From a virus (taxonomy: Duplodnaviria; Caudoviricetes): a stretch of 30,637 bases of DNA. Positions within the stretch are counted from its first letter, which is position 1, and every line of letters starts with the position of its first letter. A model generated the notes under the pieces. The model had not been told where the DNA came from and ran no database searches. It saw only the letters and a list, made by a program, of their open reading frames with translations. The DNA is taken from the IMG/VR virus record IMGVR_UViG_3300032218_000881, positions 1 through 30,637 of that record, one strand, 5' to 3'. Of this stretch, positions 1 to 7,476 are shown in pieces. Position numbers and translations under genes: made by a program.

Positions 1-110
1 CCACCATCAGGATCACCAGCAAGTTGCACCCGAATGGCACTGTGATGAAGTGGAAACTTATCGGCTGGAAAAACAGCAACGTCCGTAAAAGTCATGCGGT
101 ATTCAGTCAT
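1..110 (-). CDS. Hypothetical protein, truncated by window edge (MTEYRMTFTDVAVFPADKFPLHH...)
   Basis: Hand-translated; ATG at 110, 3 nt after the stop of the upstream gene, open to position 1. Confidence 0.6.
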   Translation of the reverse strand, partial: MTEYRMTFTDVAVFPADKFPLHHSAIRVQLAGDPDG

Positions 111-113
111 TGA

Positions 114-317
114 TTAAGACTTCCATGTGTTGAGAATGGACTGTGCAGTGGCTTGAACCTGTAGCCGCTGCGCGATCACGCCACCTGCCTCGGCTGGATC
201 GTACAGCTCGATCATGCGGTAATTGTCATGGCCATTTTGTTCGGCATAGACCGTAGCAGCAATGTGGGTCGTGAATGGACCCACTTGGACGTTGTGGATT
301 TGAAGTGCGTAGTTCAT
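114..317 (-). CDS. Hypothetical early protein (67 aa)
   Basis: ORF track 114..368 trimmed to ATG 317 (MNYALQ), directly after the stop of the upstream gene. Confidence 0.7.
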   Translation of the reverse strand: MNYALQIHNVQVGPFTTHIAATVYAEQNGHDNYRMIELYDPAEAGGVIAQRLQVQATAQSILNTWKS

Positions 318-319
318 GA

Positions 320-499
320 TTAGTCGATCCAGCTGCTGATTGCTTTGACCATGCAAAAGCCTGCCCATGCGCCTTTGTCAGAGATTAGGTCAGCAAGGCG
401 CTGGAAGTCTTCTTCTTTGATCTTGTCCCAGCCAGTCTTGGGTGCGATGTAGCGGTTGATCAGATCTTCAGCAAGACATTCGCAGCGATAGTAGGTCAT
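320..499 (-). CDS. Hypothetical early protein (59 aa)
   Basis: ATG 499 preceded by ctaatcaa and lying downstream of the hairpin. Confidence 0.7.
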   Translation of the reverse strand: MTYYRCECLAEDLINRYIAPKTGWDKIKEEDFQRLADLISDKGAWAGFCMVKAISSWID

Positions 500-516
500 T
501 TGATTAGGTGGTAATG

Positions 517-536
517 AAAAGGGCACCGAAGTGCCC
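517..536 (-). terminator. Intrinsic terminator/attenuator with cUUCGg loop
   Basis: Minus strand GGGCAC-TTCG-GTGCCC-TTTT just after the stop at 545. Confidence 0.75.
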
Positions 537-544
537 CGTGGGTG

Positions 545-703
545 TTAAGCGCCAAATGCAAGCAGAACGGTGAGGATGCCAACGATGGTCCAGAGGATCA
601 GTTGGCGTTCCTTGAGATCGTTGATCTGCTCGGCTTGGGTGTCGATCACTTCGCAGGATGCGTCGATGATGTCGGCCTTGGTTGAAGCGTGTGTGATGTT
701 CAT
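545..703 (-). CDS. Small coiled-coil protein with C-terminal TM helix (52 aa)
   Basis: ATG 703 after the atcaaatcaaatcaa leader; hydrophobic LILWTIVGILTVLLAFGA. Confidence 0.75.
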   Translation of the reverse strand: MNITHASTKADIIDASCEVIDTQAEQINDLKERQLILWTIVGILTVLLAFGA

Positions 704-743
704 TTGATTTGATTTGATGGTGGGAGCTGTCTCCCGTGTACCA

Positions 744-789
744 ATCATACACCACAGTGCATAGTCTGTCAACTGCTGTGACAAAAGTT
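744..789 (-). promoter_or_regulatory. Early promoter P1 (consensus sigma70) with upstream box
   Basis: TTGACA(772-767)-17 bp-TATGAT(749-744); upstream box AACTTTTGTCAC. Confidence 0.9.
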
Positions 790-838
790 TATGGTGGACT
801 TCCCGAGCTATCCTGTAGGCAGCCGTTGGCTCTGACAA

Positions 839-1069
839 ATGCGAGCCTACGTCATGCAGGTGTCTGCCAAGGTTGTCATCCGTTCTGATATTGACTCGGA
901 TGATCTTGCTGCAAATATCTATAGCCAAATATCAGAATTTATTCGTGATGAAGAAGATTTGATTGATCTTGAACTTGAACTGTTCCCGTTGCCCGAGAAC
1001 CTCAGTGGATCATCAGATCGATGGGACGACGCTGATTCCGAGGAAGGAGGCGAAGCGGCGGTGGCGTGA
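839..1069 (+). CDS. Acidic hypothetical protein
   Basis: ORF track; -10-like TATCCT at 809-814; overlaps the HNH start. Confidence 0.7.
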   Translation: MRAYVMQVSAKVVIRSDIDSDDLAANIYSQISEFIRDEEDLIDLELELFPLPENLSGSSDRWDDADSEEGGEAAVA

Positions 1070-1319
1070 TGCCGTGTTATTACGAAGTGATTACTGTTGC
1101 GCCTACTGCAACGAGCAACTAGGTCCTCGCAGTGCCACGCTCGATCACATCATCCCCAAGGTGCTTGGTGGGTTAACCGTACCAGAAAACCTTTGCGGCG
1201 CTTGCATCACGTGCAATGGCAGCAAAGGGCACCGTGACTGGCGTGACTGGTTTCGTGCTCAGGAGTTCTACAGCTTGACCCGTGAGGAAGCCATTGATTC
1301 CTGGCAGCATATTACCTAG
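1005..1319 (+). CDS. HNH endonuclease
   Basis: CAYC...LDHIIPKVLGG...NLCGACITCNGSKG; likely GTG start at 1005. Confidence 0.92.
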   Translation: MDHQIDGTTLIPRKEAKRRWRDAVLLRSDYCCAYCNEQLGPRSATLDHIIPKVLGGLTVPENLCGACITCNGSKGHRDWRDWFRAQEFYSLTREEAIDSWQHIT

Positions 1320-1486
1320 TAATACTGCACATAGATTTCAGCTTGCCAAAGGTCGTTGGTGTACCGACAAATGGCACCATTCTGGCCACAAGCACGGTAC
1401 ATAGGTTCCTCGCCAAAACTGTGATCCAGCAGTTCAATCCACCGGCCAGGACCGCGATCCATCCGATCCAGCACTTTCCTTTCCAT
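1316..1486 (-). CDS. Hypothetical protein (56 aa, MERKVLDRM...)
   Basis: C-terminal part of track ORF 1316..1729 from ATG 1486. Confidence 0.55.
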   Translation of the reverse strand: MERKVLDRMDRGPGRWIELLDHSFGEEPMYRACGQNGAICRYTNDLWQAEIYVQYY

Positions 1487-1814
1487 CGTCGTATAGCTCG
1501 CATCGAGCAGCAAACCGTCCTTTATTCTGCCGCGCCTCGGGGAACCCAAAGCTACATTCGTCACCTCTTGGCAACCAATGGATACAAGACCAGCATTTTG
1601 CTTTTTCATGGAATTGACTTTCAATGACTTCGATTGGTTGTTTTTGACGCAATGCCAAATAGTGGTACTGAGCACGAATATATGCTTCTCGCACGTCTGG
1701 TGTGCACAGGTCAATGATGGTTGGATCAATGCCTGGAATGCGATACCGAGCCCGCCAATTTGTGCTAAGGCTTAGCCGTTCAACAATGATTCTGCCGCTA
1801 TATAGAACAATCAT
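1434..1814 (-). CDS. Hypothetical protein with putative Zn-binding CxxC...C...C
   Basis: CWSC..ECSFGFPE..RCELY; 4-nt overlap with the upstream gene. Confidence 0.7.
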   Translation of the reverse strand: MIVLYSGRIIVERLSLSTNWRARYRIPGIDPTIIDLCTPDVREAYIRAQYHYLALRQKQPIEVIESQFHEKAKCWSCIHWLPRGDECSFGFPEARQNKGRFAARCELYDDGKESAGSDGSRSWPVD

Positions 1815-2074
1815 TCACTTTCGCCATACGCAGGCTCGTGGTACAACCGCTCAAGTTGCATCGATAGTGGTTCTACTGGTTCAGCAAATTTTTCCATGAC
1901 CGTGGCTACCTGTGGATCTGTAGCATCTTGAACAACATACAAATGATCGTGACCATAGTGCTTGATTGCAATGAACCCCACTCGTGGACTTGACAGCAGA
2001 AAACGCACAGCGCAGTTTTCAAGCCAATTCAGAAATGGAGTTCCCATGATCTTGCTGCTAGTGCGCCACATCAT
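1811..2074 (-). CDS. Hypothetical protein
   Basis: ORF track; 4-nt overlaps on both sides. Confidence 0.7.
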   Translation of the reverse strand: MMWRTSSKIMGTPFLNWLENCAVRFLLSSPRVGFIAIKHYGHDHLYVVQDATDPQVATVMEKFAEPVEPLSMQLERLYHEPAYGESE

Positions 2075-2238
2075 TCAACCTCAGACCACTGCTGCCTGCT
2101 GACTATCCGAATGACCTGATTCCGGCTAATGCCAAACTGTTGTGCAATTGTTTGAGCACTTACGCCTTGCTGCTTGAGTTGTCGCAAGTGGCGCACATTG
2201 TCTTCGTTTAGAACCGAGTTGCGACGGTGTGATTTCAT
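2071..2238 (-). CDS. Small HTH DNA-binding protein
   Basis: LNEDNVRHLRQLKQQGVSAQTIAQQFGISRNQVIRIVSRQQW HTH pattern; ATGA coupling at 2238. Confidence 0.8.
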   Translation of the reverse strand: MKSHRRNSVLNEDNVRHLRQLKQQGVSAQTIAQQFGISRNQVIRIVSRQQWSEVE

Positions 2239-2456
2239 TGGATTTGATTGATTAGACGATTCAAGTACCACTGTGCTTTTTGCGCGTCCTGCAATGGATT
2301 GCCTTTGAGCCACATGCGAAGAACATACTTCAGCACCTGGCCTTGCAGGTAACCAGTCATCGGCGATGGTCCAGCTTGCACCGCACCTTCGATGACGTCG
2401 ATGGCCTCGACAGCACCTGCGGTGTAGTGCGGCGGATGGTTGACCAGATCAGTCAT
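2235..2456 (-). CDS. DUF3310 family protein (SaV / T7 gp1.7-like)
   Basis: DLVNHPPHYTAG..EAIDVI...KYVLR...KG..QD..KAQWYL signature. Confidence 0.9.
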   Translation of the reverse strand: MTDLVNHPPHYTAGAVEAIDVIEGAVQAGPSPMTGYLQGQVLKYVLRMWLKGNPLQDAQKAQWYLNRLINQIQ

Positions 2457-2697
2457 CGGTGGCCAGTTCAAGCTTGATAGCAGCCTGGAAGTAACCTGCA
2501 ATTTTCATGCGGGCAAATACCGGACCAGCATCAACGGTAGTTTTGTCCTCCACCCGTGCGTACTGATACCGCGCTTCTTCAAGCGCAGCCATAGTTTCGA
2601 TGTTCAAGGTGTTCAACTATGCATCGTTGAGTTCTTTAATGTCCTCAAGCAAAAAGTTTCGACCAAGTAGATAGGACTTGAAAAACGGTTCATTCAT
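2449..2697 (-). pseudogene. 83-codon reading frame interrupted by an in-frame TAG at codon 27
   Basis: MNEPFFKSYLLGRNFLLEDIKELNDA*LNTLNIETMAALEEARYQY...ELATDD*; TAG at 2619-2617; overlaps both neighbours. Confidence 0.7.
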
Positions 2698-2945
2698 GTT
2701 GATTGCCTAGGTGCTCCACGCTTGGGTGAGTTTTCTAATTCAGCCGCCATTTCAGCAGCTGCTCGGAGCAGTGTACTCAATGGAATGGGTTTTGATTTAC
2801 GCCCAGTGGCAATGCGTAGAGCCATGCGGTAACCATGAGATGCGTTGCCGTTGCCTAAATCCCGTGCTGCGGCCACTTCTTGTTCAGTGACACGGATGTT
2901 GACTGTAAGGTTGCGCCGACGTTTAGACGTTTCACCTACACCCAT
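2694..2945 (-). CDS. Putative ribbon-helix-helix regulator
   Basis: RRRNLTVNIRVTEQEVAAARDLG..NASHGYRMAL strand-helix-helix pattern. Confidence 0.6.
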   Translation of the reverse strand: MGVGETSKRRRNLTVNIRVTEQEVAAARDLGNGNASHGYRMALRIATGRKSKPIPLSTLLRAAAEMAAELENSPKRGAPRQST

Positions 2946-3199
2946 TTGCCTAGTAGGTATTGGCGGCAGACTTCAATAGCTTGCTGCGCGTGTTTTTCGA
3001 TCAGCACGGACTTGGTTTCGCCCATGGCAAGACATACCGCGTCATGCAACTCTTCGTAGTCAGTGTCTCGAAAGTTGGTAGCAATGTCAGCTGCGTATTC
3101 CTGCCACAGGCCGGTGTAGGTGCCACAGGTGCGACCGCTGCGTTCGTACAGCGCCTCCATGGTGACGTTGCGCTGATTGTCTAGTTGGAATCGCTTCAT
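2936..3199 (-). CDS. Hypothetical protein
   Basis: Track ORF trimmed to ATG 3199 (MKRFQLD), ATGA overlap. Confidence 0.7.
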   Translation of the reverse strand: MKRFQLDNQRNVTMEALYERSGRTCGTYTGLWQEYAADIATNFRDTDYEELHDAVCLAMGETKSVLIEKHAQQAIEVCRQYLLGKWV

Positions 3200-3372
3200 T
3201 TGATGATGTTGTACAAGTTTTGGCATTCCTGCCATGCTATTGAATTGTGGTGCAGTTGATCCATGCGGACACGGATCAATGCCTTGACATGTTCGCGTTC
3301 ATGTTCGCGGCCAGCTTTGAACAAGCCAGCATCGGTAATCAGTGCTTCTAACCGCTGGAGAATGTCGTTCAT
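3196..3372 (-). CDS. Hypothetical protein (58 aa, MNDILQRLEALITDAG...)
   Basis: Hand-translated, not in track; ATGA overlaps on both sides. Confidence 0.75.
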   Translation of the reverse strand: MNDILQRLEALITDAGLFKAGREHEREHVKALIRVRMDQLHHNSIAWQECQNLYNIIK

Positions 3373-3602
3373 GGCAGTTCAACTTCAGAACCGGGCCAGC
3401 GAGCCTTGGCGTACCTTATGGCAGCTGCTTTGCTTTCAGCACGCATGGTCACAGTCATTGGTTGCAAACGTGGTTGGTAGACGATCAAAGTGAACGATCT
3501 GGTTCGTGCATTGGAAACTGGTCTGGAAATGCCTTCACCACGTTTTACGCGAATGTCATCGTCAATCCAAGATAGGCATGGATTCCATTGATTGATGTTC
3601 AT
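3369..3602 (-). CDS. Hypothetical protein
   Basis: ORF track; 4-nt overlaps. Confidence 0.7.
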   Translation of the reverse strand: MNINQWNPCLSWIDDDIRVKRGEGISRPVSNARTRSFTLIVYQPRLQPMTVTMRAESKAAAIRYAKARWPGSEVELP

Positions 3603-3763
3603 GGGATACGGACTTCTTTATGAGTAATAGGTGACAGCCATTCAATTTGATTCCAGTATTTGGACCAATCTGCAAAGGCTAGTTTTTTGGCTTCCATAAA
3701 AGTATCAGCCTTGACGCATTCATAGATGTTTGCATCTTTAATACAAAAGTAAAACCGTGTCAT
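3599..3763 (-). CDS. Hypothetical protein (54 aa, MTRFYFCIKDANIYECVKA...)
   Basis: Hand-translated, not in track; ATGA overlaps on both sides. Confidence 0.75.
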   Translation of the reverse strand: MTRFYFCIKDANIYECVKADTFMEAKKLAFADWSKYWNQIEWLSPITHKEVRIP

Positions 3764-4065
3764 AAGTGTTTGGTTTCAATGTTTGTGCTTGACAGATCTA
3801 ATTGCGAAATAATCCATGACTTGCCATAACGGTCCATGACGTTGTAGTGCGGCCAAGCTAGGTTTGGAACACGACTTGCAACAATTACTGTGGCACCAGG
3901 CAGCCATTTGCGGACATATGCTGTTTGACCGTCATAAAAACGCCATAGTTTGCGTTGTTTGCGATTGCCTAGACGATCTGGGCTTTGCAGGTAGGTTTCT
4001 TGATGGATGGATAAGGCTGGCACGCTTTTGATGGTGTAGCAGTCTTTGATTTGGATGGCAGTCAT
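3760..4065 (-). CDS. Hypothetical protein
   Basis: ORF track; 4-nt overlaps. Confidence 0.7.
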   Translation of the reverse strand: MTAIQIKDCYTIKSVPALSIHQETYLQSPDRLGNRKQRKLWRFYDGQTAYVRKWLPGATVIVASRVPNLAWPHYNVMDRYGKSWIISQLDLSSTNIETKHL

Positions 4066-4775
4066 TTGTTTGTGGTGATTTTAGATTTTGTGGATTCAGT
4101 CAGTTCATAATGATGAGACGTGCCAGTGATACGCTGGATAGTGCCGTAATCCAACAGCACTGATAGTGCTCTTGTTGTAGCAGCTTTCCAACGTGGACCT
4201 TTTTTAAGTTGGCTGATGTCGCCTGGCCAGAAATCATCAAAAGTGGATTCAATGTAGGCATTCAGCATGATGGCTGAAAATGCCTTATGAAACACCGGCA
4301 CTGTCATCAAAATTGACTCGATGACATTTGCCCAGTCTTGTTGGGTTCTGTATTTAAGATCAGGTTTTGCTAGTTCAGTTGGACTTGTTTGTGCAACCTG
4401 TCCGGTGAGTTGTTCGATCAAGTCAGCCGCTTGGCGCAGCAGTTCTGGCAGTGTTGCCAATGGATTTGATGGTGTTGGAATCAGTTCTTGCTGTTGTGCA
4501 AGACGCAGCGCGTCACCTTTTAGGTCACCTGGGAAATCAGGATGTTTGCCGGGTTCAATGCGCTTGGCTTTAATAACAGTTCCCGGTATTAAAGTTTCGA
4601 ACCAGTCCTCGTTGTCAGGGCCAAAGATAATGCCTGGATACTCGCGGTTGTTGTACAAGTACGAGCACTTGGCCTGGTAGTTGCCTGCTTTAGTTTTTGA
4701 TTTGCAGACGTAGTGAATCTTGGCTGGCAACTCGGTTGGAAGTTGCTGATCTAGTTCCATTTGGCTAATAATCAT
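4062..4775 (-). CDS. Two-domain protein with C-terminal Mrr_N-like winged helix
   Basis: GDISQLKKGPRWKAATTRALSVLLDYGTIQR...YELTE; start moved to ATG 4775, downstream of the hairpin. Confidence 0.55.
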   Translation of the reverse strand: MIISQMELDQQLPTELPAKIHYVCKSKTKAGNYQAKCSYLYNNREYPGIIFGPDNEDWFETLIPGTVIKAKRIEPGKHPDFPGDLKGDALRLAQQQELIPTPSNPLATLPELLRQAADLIEQLTGQVAQTSPTELAKPDLKYRTQQDWANVIESILMTVPVFHKAFSAIMLNAYIESTFDDFWPGDISQLKKGPRWKAATTRALSVLLDYGTIQRITGTSHHYELTESTKSKITTNK

Positions 4776-4790
4776 TTGTTGTTGTTGTAG

Positions 4791-4809
4791 TAAAGCCCCC
4801 GAAGGGGCT
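4791..4809 (-). terminator. Hairpin with cUUCGg loop (weak terminator/attenuator)
   Basis: Minus strand AGCCCC-TTCG-GGGGCT-TTA just after the stop at 4814. Confidence 0.6.
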
Positions 4810-4813
4810 GGTT

Positions 4814-4984
4814 TCAAACTTCGTCCTCTTCTTCAGGAAAATAGTCGAGGATCAGATCTGCCAAATGTTCTGGCAAGTGACCGTACAACATCAGCGGTGC
4901 AACATCTTCTGGATGCTTAACTAGAACCTCTGCTAACGCATTGATGGCATCTAGTGTGTCGTCGTCAAGGTGTGGAAGTGACAT
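4814..4984 (-). CDS. Very acidic small protein (56 aa)
   Basis: ATG 4984 after aatcaagtcaaatcac; 15 D/E versus 1 K. Confidence 0.75.
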   Translation of the reverse strand: MSLPHLDDDTLDAINALAEVLVKHPEDVAPLMLYGHLPEHLADLILDYFPEEEDEV

Positions 4985-5024
4985 GTGATTTGACTTGATT
5001 GGTGAGGTTGTGCCCCGTACATCA

Positions 5025-5070
5025 ATTATACACTGTAGTGCATTGATTGGCAGTGGTGGTGACATAAGTT
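5025..5070 (-). promoter_or_regulatory. Early promoter P2
   Basis: AACTTATGTCAC-N5-CTGCCA-17 bp-TATAAT; same layout as P1. Confidence 0.85.
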
Positions 5071-5111
5071 CACAATGCTGGTAGCATCATGGTGTCAGTA
5101 CCTCTATTGCC

Positions 5112-5318
5112 GTGAACTTTGGCCAATGGATGCAAATTTCAATTCCAGCCGAAAAATCATTTGAACTGGAAGCCAAGTGCCGACAGCTTGAAAAAACCAA
5201 GAATGTCGGCAAATTGGCCTCCATGCTGTTGCGTCAAACCTACTTACAGCAGGAATACTTGCAAGCAGCAGTTCATGAGATCGCAAGACTTGAACTGCAA
5301 CTCATGAAAGGAACCTAG
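5112..5318 (+). CDS. NblA-like (phycobilisome degradation adaptor) candidate
   Basis: 68 aa, two helices; IPAEKSFEL resembles NblA LSxEQxFxL; LASMLLRQ resembles helix 2; own -10 TAGCAT at 5082-5087. Confidence 0.5.
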   Translation: MNFGQWMQISIPAEKSFELEAKCRQLEKTKNVGKLASMLLRQTYLQQEYLQAAVHEIARLELQLMKGT

Positions 5319-5641
5319 AACGGCGTATCAGTTTGACCACCTTTAGGAGGTAGTGCAAAGTCGCTGACGCGTAGAACAATCTTGGATCCAGATGATCCGT
5401 TGTTCCGTTCGTAGACCTCGACATGGCCTTCACCGGACACAGTGACCTGTGAACCCTTGAATAGGTAGTTGGCGGCCACTGCTGCGCGTTTGCCCCATAC
5501 AGAGCAATCAACAGCAGTAGTCACGTCTTCGCCTTTGATTTTTTTGTTACAAAGGATTGTGAAATTGGCAACCTCGTTATCGCCAACGGTGGCGGTGCGA
5601 GGGTCTGAAGCCAGATTGCCTACGGCAGTGATTTGAAGCAT
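5315..5641 (-). CDS. ssb: Single-stranded DNA-binding protein
   Basis: ITAVGNLASDP...CSVWGKRA...YLFKGSQVTVSG; acidic DTPF tip. Confidence 0.95.
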   Translation of the reverse strand: MLQITAVGNLASDPRTATVGDNEVANFTILCNKKIKGEDVTTAVDCSVWGKRAAVAANYLFKGSQVTVSGEGHVEVYERNNGSSGSKIVLRVSDFALPPKGGQTDTPF

Positions 5642-5677
5642 GGTTGTGTAGCGGTTGGTTTTGCGATCTGGAAGCAG

Positions 5678-6388
5678 TTAGCTGGCCAGAAACGCATTGA
5701 TGAACTGGACGTGTGCTTGGGTCTTGATCTGCTTGGACAGGGCAGCATCGCTTGGCAGTTTGTACTCTTTACGAAATGCGGCTGACAATTCTTTGATGCG
5801 TTCTGGTGCCTTGCTATGCAGATCCGTCAATGATCGGATGACGATCTCGTATTCGCCTTCGTCAATGGGTGCGACTAGGTCAGCAGATGGTACTGCTGGT
5901 GCAGTTTGTTTTTTAGCGGCAGGTTTTGGCTTGGCTTCAGGTACTGCTGCTGATGCTGGAACAGTTTCTGTTGGTGTTGCACCGGCTTCTGCCACTTCTT
6001 CCTTGGCCCATAACTCGTAACCAAGTGACAGGCTGAAAGCTGCACAGGCGCAGAGTGCTCGGCGATGGGCATCGGTTAACGCTCTGGCGCTGATCTTGTC
6101 AAGCTGCACTGGGTTGTTCCTGTTGTCCATCACTGGGAACGGAAAATCAGCCGTGGCTTGATCTTCGGGACCAGTGAAGTAGCCAATCAGATAGCCAGTT
6201 CCATCTGGTGCTTGCCAAATGTGTCTGCCATCCTGATTTGGTTTGAGATGGAACTCCCAGCCGGGTGCGTGGGTGTGCAGGTGGTTGGCAATTTTTGCCC
6301 ACGCAACGTAAGAAGCCGCGTAGCTGCCAGTGCCTTTGGTGTAGACATCATCCTTGGTGATGACGCCCGCAAGATTTGGATAGGTCAT
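5678..6388 (-). CDS. Sak3/DUF1071-like ssDNA annealing protein
   Basis: SYVAWAK, PVMDNRNNPV, HRRAL...LGYELWAKEE; next to ssb. Confidence 0.75.
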   Translation of the reverse strand: MTYPNLAGVITKDDVYTKGTGSYAASYVAWAKIANHLHTHAPGWEFHLKPNQDGRHIWQAPDGTGYLIGYFTGPEDQATADFPFPVMDNRNNPVQLDKISARALTDAHRRALCACAAFSLSLGYELWAKEEVAEAGATPTETVPASAAVPEAKPKPAAKKQTAPAVPSADLVAPIDEGEYEIVIRSLTDLHSKAPERIKELSAAFRKEYKLPSDAALSKQIKTQAHVQFINAFLAS

Positions 6389-6813
6389 GAAATAGGTGTA
6401 CAGGTGATGGTTGCGCCTGGCCGTTCATCGGGAACGCAGTAACGCTTGTAAGCATTGATCTCGATAACTTGTGAATCGTCATCGAACAGCACTTCGGTCA
6501 AGGCATCGAGGATGCCTCGCGTGAGTTTGTCAATATCACCGATGCTTTTGCTGGTGCAAAGGATTGGTGCATTGCGTGTGAGCTCTCCTTTGGATGTGTA
6601 GTGGGATTTTGGTCGCTGGAAGGTGAACACCACGGATACGGTTGTTGGACCACTGGTGCGCCAGTCAGTTGGTCTGCACTGCTGAGCAGCAAATCGAACA
6701 GTCTGCCGCCATGGTTTTAGATGACGACTGGCCTCGATCATGCGTCCATTGCCGAGAGCGCGTTTGCTGCCTTGTGGGCGGCTAGTGCCCTCAACAAAAA
6801 ACGTGAGCGTCAT
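6385..6813 (-). CDS. rusA: RusA Holliday junction resolvase
   Basis: PQGSKR...F.RPKSH...DIDKLTRGILDALT...DDSQV. Confidence 0.93.
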   Translation of the reverse strand: MTLTFFVEGTSRPQGSKRALGNGRMIEASRHLKPWRQTVRFAAQQCRPTDWRTSGPTTVSVVFTFQRPKSHYTSKGELTRNAPILCTSKSIGDIDKLTRGILDALTEVLFDDDSQVIEINAYKRYCVPDERPGATITCTPIS

Positions 6814-7115
6814 TTGGTTTTGATTGGCGCAACGCAGTAGTAGGTGGTCACCTTACTGGTCGCCTTACCGGTGTGGCGTTCCTGTTCCTGTGCAGCCTTG
6901 ATGGCTGGCGAGTAAGTCCAGGTTTCGCGTTGGCGGCGTTCAACCCTGATGTCGTCGAAAATGACGTGGCCTTTGTCGTTGATCAGGCTGTCAAGATCGC
7001 CAACCGACCAAGCAAGAGAAACGTCGGTGATGAGATTTTGTTTTTCCTCTTCCAGTTGTTTGATCATGGTGGAAATTTCGGCAAGTCGTGCCGCGATTGC
7101 GTTAAAGTCATCCAT
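6810..7115 (-). CDS. Hypothetical coiled-coil protein
   Basis: Track ORF trimmed to MDDFNAIAARL; coupled to both neighbours. Confidence 0.75.
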   Translation of the reverse strand: MDDFNAIAARLAEISTMIKQLEEEKQNLITDVSLAWSVGDLDSLINDKGHVIFDDIRVERRQRETWTYSPAIKAAQEQERHTGKATSKVTTYYCVAPIKTK

Positions 7116-7237
7116 CACTTGAGCGTGGCGCCAACAGCAAGGCCGCCAATGACAAATGCTGCTGCTAACGGGAGACAGGCAGTTGAAGTGCCAAGTGCTA
7201 GCAGTGTAAAAGCGGATCCGAGTTTGATGATTTCCAT
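7115..7237 (-). CDS. Small membrane protein (40 aa)
   Basis: ATG 7237 after ctcaaatcaa; almost wholly hydrophobic. Confidence 0.7.
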   Translation of the reverse strand: MEIIKLGSAFTLLALGTSTACLPLAAAFVIGGLAVGATLK

Positions 7238-7279
7238 TTGATTTGAGCTTTTGTGGTTCCGGGCTTCCCCGGTGGTTAA

Positions 7280-7325
7280 ACAATACACGGGAATGCACCG
7301 CCTGTGCACCCAATTAACAAAAGTT
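7280..7325 (-). promoter_or_regulatory. Early promoter P3
   Basis: AACTTTTGTTAA-N5-TGCACA-17 bp-TATTGT; same layout as P1 and P2. Confidence 0.75.
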
Positions 7326-7476
7326 AACGCTTTTGTTTGGGTTTTGGTTTGGCATTGGCTGGCTGCGCTTTGGCTGCCTTGCGTTTTTCGGTGAACACCT
7401 TGGCAGCAGCGATAGCTTCTGGTCTGCCTGGTGATTCGGCAATGCCTGCATTGGCAAGGATCCGCGTCCAATCCAT
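7324..7476 (-). CDS. Small basic protein (50 aa, MDWTRILANAGIAESPGRPE...)
   Basis: Hand-translated; TGATG coupling to the nuclease stop. Confidence 0.7.
   Translation of the reverse strand: MDWTRILANAGIAESPGRPEAIAAAKVFTEKRKAAKAQPANAKPKPKQKR

Noticed and set aside
2617-2619. Genome-wide TAG recoding
   Set aside because: TAG ends HNH, ssb, terL and the chaperone at the expected positions; only one interrupted gene was found
5059-5074. NtcA or CRP site at P2
   Set aside because: Spacing GTGA-N7-TCAC fits neither GTA-N8-TAC nor TGTGA-N6-TCACA, and the palindrome is not kept in P1
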